Origin: Octopus bimaculoides
Lineage: Eukaryota
Length of the DNA stretch: 64,000 bases
Assembly (NCBI RefSeq): GCF_001194135.2
Contig: NC_068987.1
Location: forward strand, 96,964,166-97,028,165
Direction of reading: 5' to 3'
In this document: in pieces, positions 1 through 13,054 of the stretch
How positions within the stretch are numbered: the stretch's first letter is position 1
Layout: the number at the start of each line of letters is the position of its first letter
Notes under the pieces: model-generated
Databases searched by the model: none
What the model saw: the letters and a program-made list of their open reading frames with translations, nothing else
Told to the model about the DNA's origin: nothing
Position numbers and translations under genes: made by a program

Positions 1-58
<58 letters not shown>
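1..58. repeat. (TG)n microsatellite
   Basis: Pure TG run at the window start. Many similar (TG/CA)n, (TATG)n, (TA)n, (TCTA)n, (GA)n and (TAA)n tracts occur throughout and are not all listed. Confidence 0.99.
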
Positions 59-62
<4 letters not shown>

Positions 63-484
63 CGTATGTATACATATATGTATAAAGTGTTACCACGATA
101 TGGACCAGAATTTACACTGGTGGCACAATTGCTTTTTAAGAGTCGTTATCTTGCAGACCTGAGGTCTTTCTCAAGTATTACTAGAAAACAACCAGCCTCC
201 TTCCCCATACACATTCACTACTTAAAGGCTGAGGGCATCCCAATAATCTTTTCTGATCATTTGTTGGTGGTGGACCTCCGAACACCAGAAGCAAACGATC
301 TTGTAAATTGTGTCGTCATGAATCACTCACTATATTACGTTAGAATGAGGTCTCCATAGTTAATCGGATCTCTAATGTAATTTTCATGCACAGACATAAA
401 GTTCTACAAAACGTTTTTTCATTACCATAAATCCGAACGTTCCAACCGTAAGAATTAAGTTAACTTCTATACGATAGCTGTAAC

Positions 485-672
485 GAGTCTAGGAAATTTA
501 TCCCCCATGGACAATTAACCCCGAGGTCAACAAATGGGGATTTAAAACTTCTTGATATATTGGAGACGGGATAATTAACCAGGGGGGGGGGTAATTGTCC
601 TAGGGGGTAGTTGTCGTCAGGGGTAATTGTCCTATGGGGGTAATTGTCCTGGGAGGTAATTGTCCTGATACG
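485..672. mobile_element. Small foldback/MITE-like element with internally repeated inverted termini
   Basis: Left end has GGAAATTTATCCCCC (492-506) and GGACAATTAACCCC (509-522). Right end has five tandem GGGGGTAATTGTCCT-like units (587-666), their reverse complement. Flanked by GCTGTAAC (477-484) and GCTATAAC (673-680), a candidate 8-bp TSD with one mismatch. Confidence 0.6.
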
Positions 673-1203
673 GCTATAACACTACCCGCCTAGCGAATGT
701 ACACCCTTACTGTCACTAGCTTACTAAGGCATTTTCACTTTCTACTCTCTGTCTTTCTCTCATCAGTGTACCATACATCCTCTGCCCTCCTCCCCCACTC
801 TATTGACCTGTATCTCAGTGCGATCGACCCATTGGTTGCGTCTTCTTTGTATGTTCTTTAGTCCCTACTTTTCTTATCTCTGCAGCTGACATTTATTTAC
901 TACCTATCCCCCTTTACCTTCTTTGTCTCAACTGCTTACTACTGTCTGGTATCTTCCACTCTCCTCTATCTTCGGTAGATGTCCCTTTAATCTTACTCAC
1001 TCCATTATCTTCATGACCTATTCTTTACTGTATTTTTTGATGCCACCAAATGCCATCTTATAAGCACTAAGTCCACATTATTTACTCCACCCTTCTCCGC
1101 CACCCCATCATTCTCTCGTTACTCTTACTCTACTCCTCTTCGTTAATCTTCTATTGAAGTTACGTATTTATAAACACTGCTCTGTATTAAGTCATTTACC
1201 AGA

Positions 1204-1340
1204 ATCTTCTGATGTGAATAACATGATTTCGCTTCACATATCACAGTTTGTTCCATACACCTACGATATTTTGGCACTATATTACATAATATACATGGTT
1301 GTGACATCAGTAATTGTTCATTCGAAACAGCTGTAAAGAT
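1204..1340 (+). ncRNA. Type I hammerhead-ribozyme-like motif with long stem II; core variant CUGAUGU
   Basis: Stem I ATCTT 1204-1208 / AAGAT 1336-1340; core CTGATGT 1209-1215; stem II GAATAAC 1216-1222 / GTTCATTC 1316-1323; GAAAC 1324-1328; palindromic stem III ACAGCTGT; GTA triplet 1333-1335. Confidence 0.6.
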
Positions 1341-1452
1341 AAAACTATTACGTTATTCCTTTTGCTTATTCGTATTCGCAAATGTAAATACATTCAGTAC
1401 GCGTACTTTTGTTTATCAGCTGTTTTTAAACTTATGCATGTATGTATGCATA

Positions 1453-1483
<31 letters not shown>

Positions 1484-1543
1484 GTGTATGTATGTATGTA
1501 TGTATAACTGTCTGTATGTGTGTGTATATGTATGTATGTATGC

Positions 1544-1576
<33 letters not shown>

Positions 1577-1624
1577 TGTATGTATGTATGTATGTATGTA
1601 CGTGCGTAGGTACGCGTGTATAAG

Positions 1625-1775
1625 ACGGGTTTCGACACAGTTTCTACCTACCAAATTCACTCATAAAGTATGTCAACCCGAGGCCATAATAGAAATTATT
1701 TGCTAAAGTTTCTACGCAGTGGGACTGAAACCAAAACTACGAAGTTTCAAGGCAAACATTTTAACTGTACAGACA
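1625..1775 (-). mobile_element. Degenerate 5' half of SINE family B
   Basis: Reverse-complement similarity to the family B head (acgcagtgggactgaa, ccgaggccataatagaa, cacagtttctacctaccaaattcactca). Confidence 0.6.
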
Positions 1776-1837
1776 ATTAACATTATTCTTTTAGAATCTA
1801 CAGCATTATGGGGTGACTAGTGTACTTCATTTGCTGA

Positions 1838-1952
<115 letters not shown>

Positions 1953-1967
1953 GTAGAATAATAATTT

Positions 1968-2435
1968 ATGGCATAGGCACAACATCACAAATTTGAGGTG
2001 GAAAATCAGAAAAGTCGATTATGTGAAACCAAGGACTTGTTTGCTAATTTCGTCGCTCACCCGATGGAACCGGGATCGGGCTGTTGCCGAACGGTACTCC
2101 ATTATCTGATGCGAAGCGCGCGGTGCATGTCAAGCGCGTAGACGAGCGCCGATGTAACCGATGCACAAAAGTTAAACGAGAACAGTGTTGGTCAGGGTGT
2201 TTGACTGGGGTCGTACGTCTGTCAAATGGTAACGCTCAGCGAGGACGAAAACCACACGTGGAACAAAAGGGCCAAAGCTCGCTCGATCTCGATTTTCTTA
2301 CCACTTTTATCGATCCCGAAAGAATGAAAAACATAGTTGATCTCTGTGGGATTTGAACTCGAGGCGTTAAAGAGCTGGAACATACACTGTAAGATATTCT
2401 GTTCAATGCTACAACGATTTTGCCTGTTCACCATC
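1968..2435 (-). mobile_element. Old SINE family C copy interrupted by an rDNA fragment
   Basis: 1968-2040 matches the family C 3' part. 2298-2435 (ttttatcgatcccgaaagaatgaaa...gatttgaactc) matches the central and head part. Confidence 0.55.
2047..2297 (+). pseudogene. Degenerate 28S rRNA gene fragment
   Basis: gggtgtttgactggggtcgtacgtctgtcaaatggtaacgc...tcagcgaggacgaaaaccacacgtggaacaaaagggccaaagctcgctcgatctcgattttc aligns by eye to the conserved eukaryotic LSU segment GAGTTTGACTGGGGCGGTACA...CTGTCAAACGGTAACGC...AAGGGCAAAAGCTCGCTTGATCTTGATTTTC, with an internal deletion of about 19 nt. Confidence 0.85.
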
Positions 2436-3204
2436 CTTGATAGAAGAATTATATTAAAATTAATCTGACGGTGCGCTAAATGTGATAGGGCACCTACTAC
2501 ATTTGATAATCACTATGAAATTGTTGAACACGTGGAGTCTCAAGCAGCAGTTATCGTAAGGGAGTTAATCACTTCTAGAAAAGTCTTAAATCTTGGCGGG
2601 GTGAGAAGTTTGAATTTTAAATTTAACAGTGACGAAGAAGATGCACGGTATATATATATATAATTTTTAAAAAAATCATTACAAAGATTCTAAATGTTTT
2701 ATTATTATTCATGTATTTCACTTTATGGAAATGTTAATGTAGGCGAAAAATTTAACCCTCAAAATAGATAAAAGACGGAAAAAGCACATGATTTTCCTTG
2801 AAGTCAAATAAAAAAAAATGTGAAAAGAATACCGAATAGAATGAAGTTAATAAAGCGTCTTGCAAATCTAAGCTAAAACTCTCACCACGTAGAGCGTATT
2901 ATTTCTGGATTATTAACTTATAAAATAGATAGTCTTTAGGTTGTTGACATTCAGATAGATAACTACACATGTTTACATAAACTCTGTTATTTTATTCCGT
3001 AAATGAGACTTAACATTGGTATTTCAAGTATGTATGTATGTATGTATGTGTATATGTATGTATTACCGGTTTCCAGCAGAAGCTGTAACCATTCTTGATT
3101 TTGTAAAAGCATATGTGTATCTAGAGATGTGTCACATTTACCAAATAGCAATTGAGATTAGTTCCATACAAGAACGGGGGGGGGGGAGATAATGTGAAGA
3201 ATTT

Positions 3205-4168
3205 GTGGCTGTGTGGTAAGAAGCTTGCTTTCCAGTAACATGGTTCCGGGTTCAGTCCCACTGCGTGGAACCTTCAGGAAGTGTCTTCTACTATAGCCTC
3301 GGGCCGACCAAAGCCTTGTGAGTGGACTTGGTAGACAGAAACTGAAAGAAGACCGTTGTATATATATACACACACACACACATATATATATATATATNNN
3401 NNNNNNNNNNNNNNNNNNNNNNNNNNNNNNNNNNNNNNNNNNNNNNNNNNNNNNNNNNNNNNNNNNNNNNNNNNNNNNNNNNNNNNNNNNNNNNNNNNNN
3501 NNNNNNNNNNNNNNNNNNNNNNNNNNNNNNNNNNNNNNNNNNNNNNNNNNNNNNNNNNNNNNNNNNNNNNNNNNNNNNNNNNNNNNNNNNNNNNNNNNNN
3601 NNNNNNNNNNNNNNNNNNNNNNNNNNNNNNNNNNNNNNNNNNNNNNNNNNNNNNNNNNNNNNNNNNNNNNNNNNNNNNNNNNNNNNNNNNNNNNNNNNNN
3701 NNNNNNNNNNNNNNNNNNNNNNNNNNNNNNNNNNNNNNNNNNNNNNNNNNNNNNNNNNNNNNNNNNNNNNNNNNNNNNNNNNNNNNNNNNNNNNNNNNNN
3801 NNNNNNNNNNNNNNNNNNNNNNNNNNNNNNNNNNNNNNNNNNNNNNNNNNNNNNNNNNNNNNNNNNNNNNNNNNNNNNNNNNNNNNNNNNNNNNNNNNNN
3901 NNNNNNNNNNNNNNNNNNNNNNNNNNNNNNNNNNNNNNNNNNNNNNNNNNNNNNNNNNNNNNNNNNNNNNNNNNNNNNNNNNNNNNNNNNNNNNNNNNNN
4001 NNNNNNNNNNNNNNNNNNNNNNNNNNNNNNNNNNNNNNNNNNNNNNNNNNNNNNNNNNNNNNNNNNNNNNNNNNNNNNNNNNNNTATATATATATCTGTA
4101 AATATTTATCTATTTACTTGATATCGAAGTCTCTTTCATTCTTTTGTTGTCTTCTCATTTCTATCTAC

Positions 4169-4226
<58 letters not shown>

Positions 4227-4518
4227 CTATATATATATATAAAAGTTTTATAATATCCTATATATATATATATTTACTTGTATAGATTTATATGTGTGCC
4301 TGTGTTTGTCCTCCTGCTATCGCTTGACAACCGATGCTGGTGTGTTTATGTCTACATAAATTAGCGGTTCGGCAAAATAGACCGATAGAATAAGTACTAG
4401 ACTTACAAAGAATAAGTCTTGGAGTTGATTGCTTCGACTAAAACCATTCAAAGCGGTACTCCAGCATAGCCTCAGTCAAATGACTGAAACAAGTAGAAGA
4501 ATGAAAGAATAAAAGAAT
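3205..4518 (+). mobile_element. SINE family B (tRNA-like head, CORE-like block, internal microsatellite, conserved right arm)
   Basis: Head gtggctgtgtggtaagaagcttg...ggttcagtcccactgcg at 3205-3357. Microsatellite plus gap at 3358-4290. Right arm tgtgtttgtcc...gcttgacaaccgatgctgg...gactgaaacaagt with AAAGAAT tail. Confidence 0.85.
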
Positions 4519-4919
4519 CAAAGACTCTGTCAAAGAGAACGATAGAATAAATAGTATGACTTAAAATAACTAATTGCAGGGGTTGATTCTTTCGACGTCT
4601 TTAAGGCGTTGCCCCAGCATGCCCGCGGTCTTCTGATAGAAACAGATAAATGATAAAAGATAAAAAATGTCCGAGAGCAGAATATGACTGGAGATTCGGT
4701 TAAACGTCTTATTATAGCGTCATAAATTATCATGTAATAAAAAGTTTAAACAAATCTCTCAATTTATTTAGCGCTCGAATATTTACTCTATAATTTGTTG
4801 AAATACTAGCTTAAAAGCTGCATTCTGTGCGGACTTTTCAGCTAGTTCCTGCGGAAGGCTAACTGAGCATGCGGTCCAAAACTGAAGAGAGCTAAATAGC
4901 ATGACTATGATACGTCTAT

Positions 4920-5307
4920 GTGGAGGCGCAATGGCCCAGTGGTTAGGGCAGCGGACTCGTGGTCATAGGATCGCGGTTTCGATTCCCAGACCGGGCGTTG
5001 TGAGTGTTTATTGAGCGAAAACACTTAAAGCTCCACGAGGCTCCGGCAGGGGATGGTGGCGAACTCTGCTGTACTCTTTCACCACAACTTTCTCTCACTC
5101 TTACTTCCTGTTTCTGTTGTGCCTGTAATTCAAAAGGTCAGCCTTGTCACACTGTGTCACGCTGAATATCCCCGAGAATTACGTTAAGGGTACGCGTGTC
5201 TGTGGAGTGCTCAGCCACTTGCAAGTTAATTTCACGAGCAGGCTGTTCCGTTGATCGGATCAACTGGAACCCTCGACGTCGTAAGCGATGGAGTGCCAAC
5301 AACAACA
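4920..5307 (+). mobile_element. SINE family A (tRNA-Arg-like head), full length
   Basis: A box TGGCCCAGTGG, B box GGTTTCGATTCCC, (CAA)n tail. TSD ATACGTCTAT at 4910-4919 and 5308-5317. Confidence 0.93.
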
Positions 5308-6756
5308 ATACGTCTATAATGACTATATACCCCAGTGGTGTTTGATCAGAAGTTAAGGACGGATGAGAATCAATTCTGTGATGCAATCATTCTATTGTTC
5401 CAGTCCTAAGTTAGCCAATTTGTCCCAAAATTCTTATCTCGCCGTAAAATTAATGAAGCGAATGCCATTTATCTCTCCCTTCATCTCTGACGTCATCTGA
5501 CAAACGCCGAACAAGATGGCGTGAATCAACCAAGCTTTACCTGCTAGAAATAGCAACCCAAATGCTTTTAAATCAGATCCCAGTGCTGGATGTTCAAGAA
5601 CCAAATGAAGGGTAGATTTTCAATCCCGGGATCATCCTGATACCTAAAAGGTATAATATGTCTATGTAGAGCAAACGTAGACCGAGTTACAGGGGTCCCA
5701 GACGGACAGAAAGAATTTCGTTTTTATTAATATAGATGTATAAGATGCTGTATATAATACAAAACGAAATTAATCTGTGGACAAATTGTTTAATACTTGA
5801 TTGGATGTTAGGTATACATGGATCTACATGGAGTTCTTAGCAACGTTTAACAGTTGTACTGTCTCATTTGAAATAGCAATTTATCAACATACACAAACAT
5901 CTGCGCGCGCACACACACATGTATGTAGATACGTATGTACATGTATTGAGTATACTCTTCCCTTGTACAAACACTTTTAAAACTGTTATACATACACACA
6001 TATCTATATCTCTCTCTCCCTATCTATCTATCCAAACACATACTGAGTGTGAGGGAAAGCGAGTAAAGAGAGACAATATGGTTAAGTTGTACGCACACGC
6101 ATACACATACACACACGTACACACACGGTGAATGCTGCTTATTATAATCACAGGCAATATCATCAAACGATTATTGTTATCACAATAATCGACTGCCGTA
6201 TACACAAATACAGAAACACAAATACACACAAATAGACCCCCCCCCACTATATATGTATGCATGCATGTATATATGCTTGCATGTATATCGGCATGTACTT
6301 ATGTATGCATGTGTATCTGCTTGAATGTATGCATTTATTTATGAATGTATGTCTGCATTTATGCATGTATACATATTCACTCAGGCACATAGGAGTGAGA
6401 GGTGAAATGGATATGTTTCTGTTGTTTTAAAGACAAATAAGAGTTGAAGTGAGAACGGATGACAGCAGAAAGTAAAACGATACTGGTTGGCTGCCAACCA
6501 CGATTTGGCATGTCCGGGTTGTTCACAAACAACAGTAACTGGATCTGATGGGAAAAAGAGTTTAGTCCTTAAGTAATGCGTAGGAAAGCATTAATAGATA
6601 CACACACGCGCATGTGTTTGTATGTATGCATGTATGTATGTATGTATGTATGTTTATACAGATGCATATACATGCATACATACATATATGTGTGTATGCT
6701 TGTATATACAGTATATATTTATATATGTATATGTATATACATGTATATGCATCTAC

Positions 6757-6806
<50 letters not shown>

Positions 6807-6809
6807 GTT

Positions 6810-6855
<46 letters not shown>

Positions 6856-7303
6856 TATATTATTATTATTACAATGCATTATTATTTTCCAGCGAAATAA
6901 AGCAATAATTGGTACCTTGTGCCACTATTTCGTATATATATGGATATGTAAAGTGATGAACACATACATACATGCATACATACATGCATACATACATGCA
7001 TACATACATGCATACATACATACATACATACATACATACATACATACATACTTTATGCTGACAGCTAAATGTGATTAAGAGCTATAACAGTATAGCAAAA
7101 TATATGTACTCAAACCACTACTATATCTGAATGTTTTACCTAGTTTAGGGGATTTTGTTTTCTTGAAACAAGATGTAGAACACAATATATAAGCTGTATC
7201 ATTGGTTGTACACACATTCACGATGTATGAATAGGGCAAAATTTGATGGCACAGCCTGTAAATTATTGATATTCGCTAAAATCTACAGAAATAGCGATAC
7301 TTG

Positions 7304-7354
7304 ATGAGCCATGTCTTATGCGGCCCGCTTTTAGAAAAAGGTTACCCTTGTCTG
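7304..7354 (-). mobile_element. Terminal fragment of a hAT-type MITE
   Basis: Reverse complement cagacaagggtaacc...gcgggccgcataagacatggctcat matches the left end of the element at 18007. Confidence 0.55.
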
Positions 7355-8181
7355 GTCTATAATGTTATTTAGACTGCACTGATAGACAACACCCATGATA
7401 TTTTTGCAAGGCTTTCAGGACGGGTGGAGAAAAAGGCCGATTTTAACAAGGTACCAAACGGCTCCGTGGTCGTGTTAAATAAGGTGGCAGATTTAATCTC
7501 TCAATCGAGAATGTGTGCGGTCCTTCTGACCTGACCCCGAATAGTTTCTGTTTCCCGCAATTTTGCTCACAGTCGTGGGACATCGCTGGACTGTGGTACA
7601 AGATATTTGCCTATGGTCCGCGCAGTGGGTTTGAACTCACAAACTTTTTAACCAAATGGGCATGCCTGTGATCATAATTCGCTACTTTTTCAGAAGTTAA
7701 CTAGGGAAACAAGTGGCTTTTAAGATCAGGTTAGGCATTTTTTAAGTATCATATTATGAGTTTGAATGATCTTATGTCTGTACTTGCGAGCGTGCGCGTC
7801 TATGTGTGTGAGTGTTTGTGTATGTGCATGTGCGCACGCATGTTTGTGTGTGTGAATTGTGCGCGTGTGTGGGTGAGATTCAACTATGTAGCTTCTAGCT
7901 AAAACATACATCCTAAAAGCTTATACTTAAAAAACACTTAAATGGCAAGCCAAAATATTTCAGTGATGATCTTTAATATTTCAAGTCAAATATTTCTATT
8001 AATGATATTCAGCTAACTCTTTCTGACATTCTCGCATGTACAAACTACACGGTGAGGCTTCCGCTGTTTCTGTAAGACTGCTGTGTATGTATATAATAAC
8101 ACGTTTCAATGCAACTGAGTATCTGATTGTGTCACACGCACACACACAGACACAGACACAGACACATACAGACACACACAC

Positions 8182-8225
<44 letters not shown>

Positions 8226-8330
8226 CATGTGGTCATGTGATCGATCAGATTAACGGATGTTGTTAAACATTGCTAGTTACAATGCGCTTTTGCATTGTTT
8301 TAGCTTTTGAATATTGCCACACACACACAC

Positions 8331-8413
<83 letters not shown>

Positions 8414-8992
8414 TTATATAGATATGCATATATACACATGTATATAGATATGCATATGTACACATATATACGCATATATATACAGATATACATACGCATA
8501 TATATGCATGTATATATAATTTCTATAGAAAATCTGTAGAGATAACCCAAACAAGTAAGAATGTGTATACAGGATTATGTATATATAAACATGTGTACAT
8601 AATGCAATATAATTAACCAATGTTTCTTTTTAATATTTATATAAAACTAGAAGGATATTTATGGATTTACAGATATATCATCTATCCCTTCACGTTTTGT
8701 GGTTCCGTCCGATAGTCATTAATCGTGGAAGAGAGAGTGTGTTGCTAGACAATATTCCTTACGACACTGCATCATCTCTACACCATTGGTGATCACCAGA
8801 AGCCAACAAGAAAATCTGGAGACCTTTGTATGATTAGTCTTCTTCCTAGACATCGTTGTCTGATTATCATAACTTTTTTTTTTTAAAGAAGCAAAAGCAC
8901 AGTCGTTAATGCAGTCCGATATATATATCATGCCTGAAGACATAAAAAAAATAAAGCAAGAGCAGGATGGTCACGCGCATGCGCGTATGTGT

Positions 8993-9378
8993 TGTTGGCA
9001 CTCCGTCGCTTACGACGTCGAGGGTTCCAGTTGATCCGATCAACGGAACAACCTGCTCGTGAAATTAACGTGCAAGTGGCTGAGCACTCCACAGACACGT
9101 GTACCCTTAACGTAGTTCTCAGGGAGATTCAGCGTGACACAGAGTGTGACAAGGCTGACCCTTTTGAATTACAGGCACAACAGAAACAGGAAGTAAGAGT
9201 GAGAGAAAGTTGTGGTGAAAGAGTACAGCAGGGTTCGCCACCATCCCCTTGCCGGAGCCTCGTGGAGCTTTTAGGTGTTTTCGCTCAATAAACACTCACA
9301 ACGCCCGGTCTGAGAATCGAAACCGCGATCCTGTGGCCGCGAGTCCGCTGCCCTAACCACTGGGCCATTGCGCCTCCA
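8993..9378 (-). mobile_element. SINE family A, full length
   Basis: Reverse complement of the 4920 copy. TSD CGCGTATGTGT at 8982-8992 and 9379-9389. Confidence 0.93.
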
Positions 9379-10695
9379 CGCGTATGTGTAGGCGTTTGTA
9401 TTAGTCAAAATGCAGGATTTCGAGTTTTAAGTAAAGGATGGAAGAATGTCACAGTTACTACATTGAAGAATTGGAAGCATTTTCTTTTGTGTAGGTGGTA
9501 GATGTATTTGGATTCTCTTCCTCGCCGTCTTTATAGTCTTTATTTTCTGTATATCTTAATCTATCTCTCCCTGCCACTCTTTTTTCTCTCTTTCTATTTC
9601 CTTTCTTCCACGATCTCTCCTTTTTATTATGCCTCTATCTCATTTATTAATCCCCCTTTATCTCTCTCTCTATCCCTCTCTCTTTCCTGACTCACCTCCC
9701 CCCCCCCTGCGAAAACCGATGTTATTCTAGCGGAAACAACGCACATCATCCAACGAAGTTTACTGATGCGGTTTATTTACGTTTGAAGTTTCTATTAAAA
9801 CTATCGGATGTTTTCTTTTTGGATTTTTTGTTGTTGTTACCAAAGACTATTGCCAAGTTTCCTTCAAATCTACACATATTGCAAACTTAACATTAATAAT
9901 GGAAATAAATGTTGATGGAATTGCAAAAACAAACAAAACAAAAAACAAAAACAAAAAAAAACAACCAAACAAACACACACAGACATCATAAAACTTCCCT
10001 TTAAAACCTTTATGTGGTGGGTGTATGATTTTAATGAATTTGTGCAAGTGAAACATTGGTTTTTAACATAGGAGAAAAAAAGGAGAGTACGAATAATACA
10101 TACATACATACATACATACATACATACATACATACATACATACATGCATATATATATATGTATATNNNNNNNNNNNNNNNNNNNNNNNNNNNNNNNNNNN
10201 NNNNNNNNNNNNNNNNNNNNNNNNNNNNNNNNNNNNNNNNNNNNNNNNNNNNNNNNNNNNNNNNNNNNNNNNNNNNNNNNNNNNNNNNNNNNNNNNNNNN
10301 NNNNNNNNNNNNNNNNNNNNNNNNNNNNNNNNNNNNNNNNNNNNNNNNNNNNNNNNNNNNNNNNNNNNNNNNNNNNNNNNNNNNNNNNNNNNNNNNNNNN
10401 NNNNNNNNNNNNNNNNNNNNNNNNNNNNNNNNNNNNNNNNNNNNNNNNNNNNNNNNNNNNNNNNNNNNNNNNNNNNNNNNNNNNNNNNNNNNNNNNNNNN
10501 NNNNNNNNNNNNNNNNNNNNNNNNNNNNNNNNNNNNNNNNNNNNNNNNNNNNNNNNNNNNNNNNNNNNNNNNNNNNNNNNNNNNNNNNNNNNNNNNNNNN
10601 NNNNNNNNNNNNNNNNNNNNNNNNNNNNNNNNNNNNNNNNNNNNNNNNNNNNNNNNNNNNNNNNNNNNNNNNNNNNNNNNNNNNNNNNNNNNNNN

Positions 10696-10752
<57 letters not shown>

Positions 10753-10829
10753 AAAACAGACAGACAGACACATGCATACACACATACAGAGTTAACTGAG
10801 AAGTAAGTTTCTAACCAGTACTCTTATAG

Positions 10830-11232
10830 GGACATTTTTAATAGAAACTGCTTCAAAGTGACGTACATTAACTCCTCTAACATGAAAAGCGTTTTAGCAC
10901 AGAAACCATAAACACCCACATTTCATGCGAACACATGTAGGAACAAAGTAACATTACCACCTAAACAAGCAGTAATATACGAAGCGGAGTTTAACTCTAC
11001 TAGTAGACTGGGAAAACCGACACCATGAATTACATTGGAATGGTTGAAGGCAAGTTGAATATACGACGTGCAGACCAATATGTTTTCTACAGAAATAATG
11101 AGAAAAAGTCAACAGCATTGTTGAAATATGTATGGTATCATAAAGATCACAACATAAACTTCACTATAAAATGGAGGATAATTGAAATATACAAACCATA
11201 TATCATTCGAGCAGGAAAACATCAGTTATTAG
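10830..11232 (+). pseudogene. Penelope-like element GIY-YIG endonuclease remnant
   Basis: Frameshifted translation NRNCFKVTYINSSNMKSVL...CRNKVTLPPKQAVIYEA (VIY at 10972-10980), then NYIGMVEG...KKSTALLKYVWYHKDHNINFTIKWRII (ORF 11025). Matches the PLE pattern VxY..YIG..STxLSKYIWxLK..IxW. Confidence 0.75.
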
Positions 11233-11264
11233 ATCGATCCCAGTACGCAATTGGTACTGGTCAC

Positions 11265-11400
11265 TGCAGATGAGGAGGTCTCTCGTGGAGATGGGGACTG
11301 ACTGAGACTCTGCTCGATGGGCCCGAGAGGACCCAGGAATATATCGACAAATGGTGAATGCAGCAACGCACTGCAGCGGCGTAGGCGCCCACACCATCAC
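11265..11400 (+). pseudogene. Possible RTE-type LINE C-terminal remnant
   Basis: GC-rich island translating RRSLVEMGTD*DSARWAREDPGIYRQMVNAATHC, resembling the LAxDRxxWRxxV terminus of RTE ORF2. Confidence 0.3.
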
Positions 11401-13054
11401 AACATTCTTATCTACTCGTATATTATTAAATGAGAAATTCATTGTAGCATCTCATAAATATTTATTTTCAGTGCTATTTACCTTTTAGTATATTCTTTCA
11501 TATATAATTGACCACAACATTATATACTAATTTATTTTATGAAAATAATGTATTTTTAATATCATTTGCATTTTAGTAGATTCAATCGTACATAACATAC
11601 CAATGGCTATCAATCTAAATCTTTAATAAGGGAAGAATCATTGAGATATATTGTATGCAAAGCAAGAACTATAAGTCTATTTCATTAAATAAGATTTAAC
11701 TCCTTTAAATTGTGCAGTAAAGTTAAGTGGATTTTCCTCATTTTAGGGAAGATAGCTTTTACAGATTTGATTTCCATCCTTTGTGATGTAACGCGCATGG
11801 CATAAAATATCATCATTTAAAACTATTTAAAACTAGGGCGTTTTACAAACTATTTTCGCCTTAAGATCGATGAACTAGCAAATATTATCGTTATCAACAT
11901 GATTTTAGAATTCAGTTAGGTACATCTTAAAGTAGCGAGACCTATGTCCGTTTTGTACTTACAATACATACAAGCATGTATGCATGCATACATACATACG
12001 TACGTACGCACATACATATATACGTACAAACATATGCCTACATGTAATTACATACACACACATAGACACACACATATATTCTTTCACTGGCTTTTAAGTT
12101 CCTTTTGGGGTAGTCATCAAGTGATTGAGTCGATTACATCGACATGGTTATTTTAGAGATCTCTAACTGGAAGACCGATTAGTTATGGGATATAAACGGA
12201 CACAACATAAAAATAAACTTGGACACAGACAAGCGTGCGCATATGTCTACCCATGTAATTGAAGATATACAAGTTAAAGTTGATTGCTGTAGCAATTCAA
12301 GTATTCTTAAATAAGAGACGCTTTTTGTGAAAATTAGCAATTTTATATATTTTCATTTTATTATAAAATATAAAGTCTCAGACAGATTACATATGTAATG
12401 AGTATAAAGAAAAATTTCCAAGGCTGCCTTCTGCAAAAAAGAACAAATTGTTAAATGTCCTGAATAAAAAGAAATAATTTTTAATTAATTAGAATTACAT
12501 CCGTAATTACTAAGTCCGAAACATGCTTGCAGTTGTTATCTGTCATAATAAAAATTTGGTTCTCACAGCACTGCATGATTCCATTTAATTCTTAAGCAAT
12601 TCAAAGCTCGGAGTTCTCTCCCTTATTCTTTTTGACAAGGATTGTGATATTAATGAGGTTTTGTCTCATTAGATTTGTAATTTGAACTGGTTAAAGTATT
12701 TTCGGCTCATTACATTAAGTATGTTAGACCACACTTATCTATATATGATGAGTAGTGTGGGGAGATAAAGGTTTCTTTCAAAACTAAAAGAACAAGGAAT
12801 ATTATTGTCTACAAAGAAAAGTGCATATCTATCTATACATTAATGAAGTTTCTTGAAGCTTTTAGATGCATGTTAGATGATAAGGATTACTGTACTTGCA
12901 ACGGTATCTTATCCACAATGGTTTGTTTTTAATACCACATTGCGCTGAAAGAGATAGAAGACCAGTGTCTTCTAGCTCGAGTCGACCCCTTTGCTATTCT
13001 ATATTTCAAAGAGCCAGTTTAGTTTCATCATATGCTGTCATCTTTCATCATTTA

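Noticed and set aside
6-359. ORF containing FSDH, reminiscent of the APE endonuclease SDH motif
   Set aside because: A single short motif without the other APE motifs; the ORF starts within the (TG)n run.
4920-5000. tRNA-Arg gene at the family A heads (also 9300-9378, 38477-38555, 41247-41325)
   Set aside because: A and B boxes are present, but the acceptor stem is not formed and each head runs into a 300-bp SINE body with TSDs.
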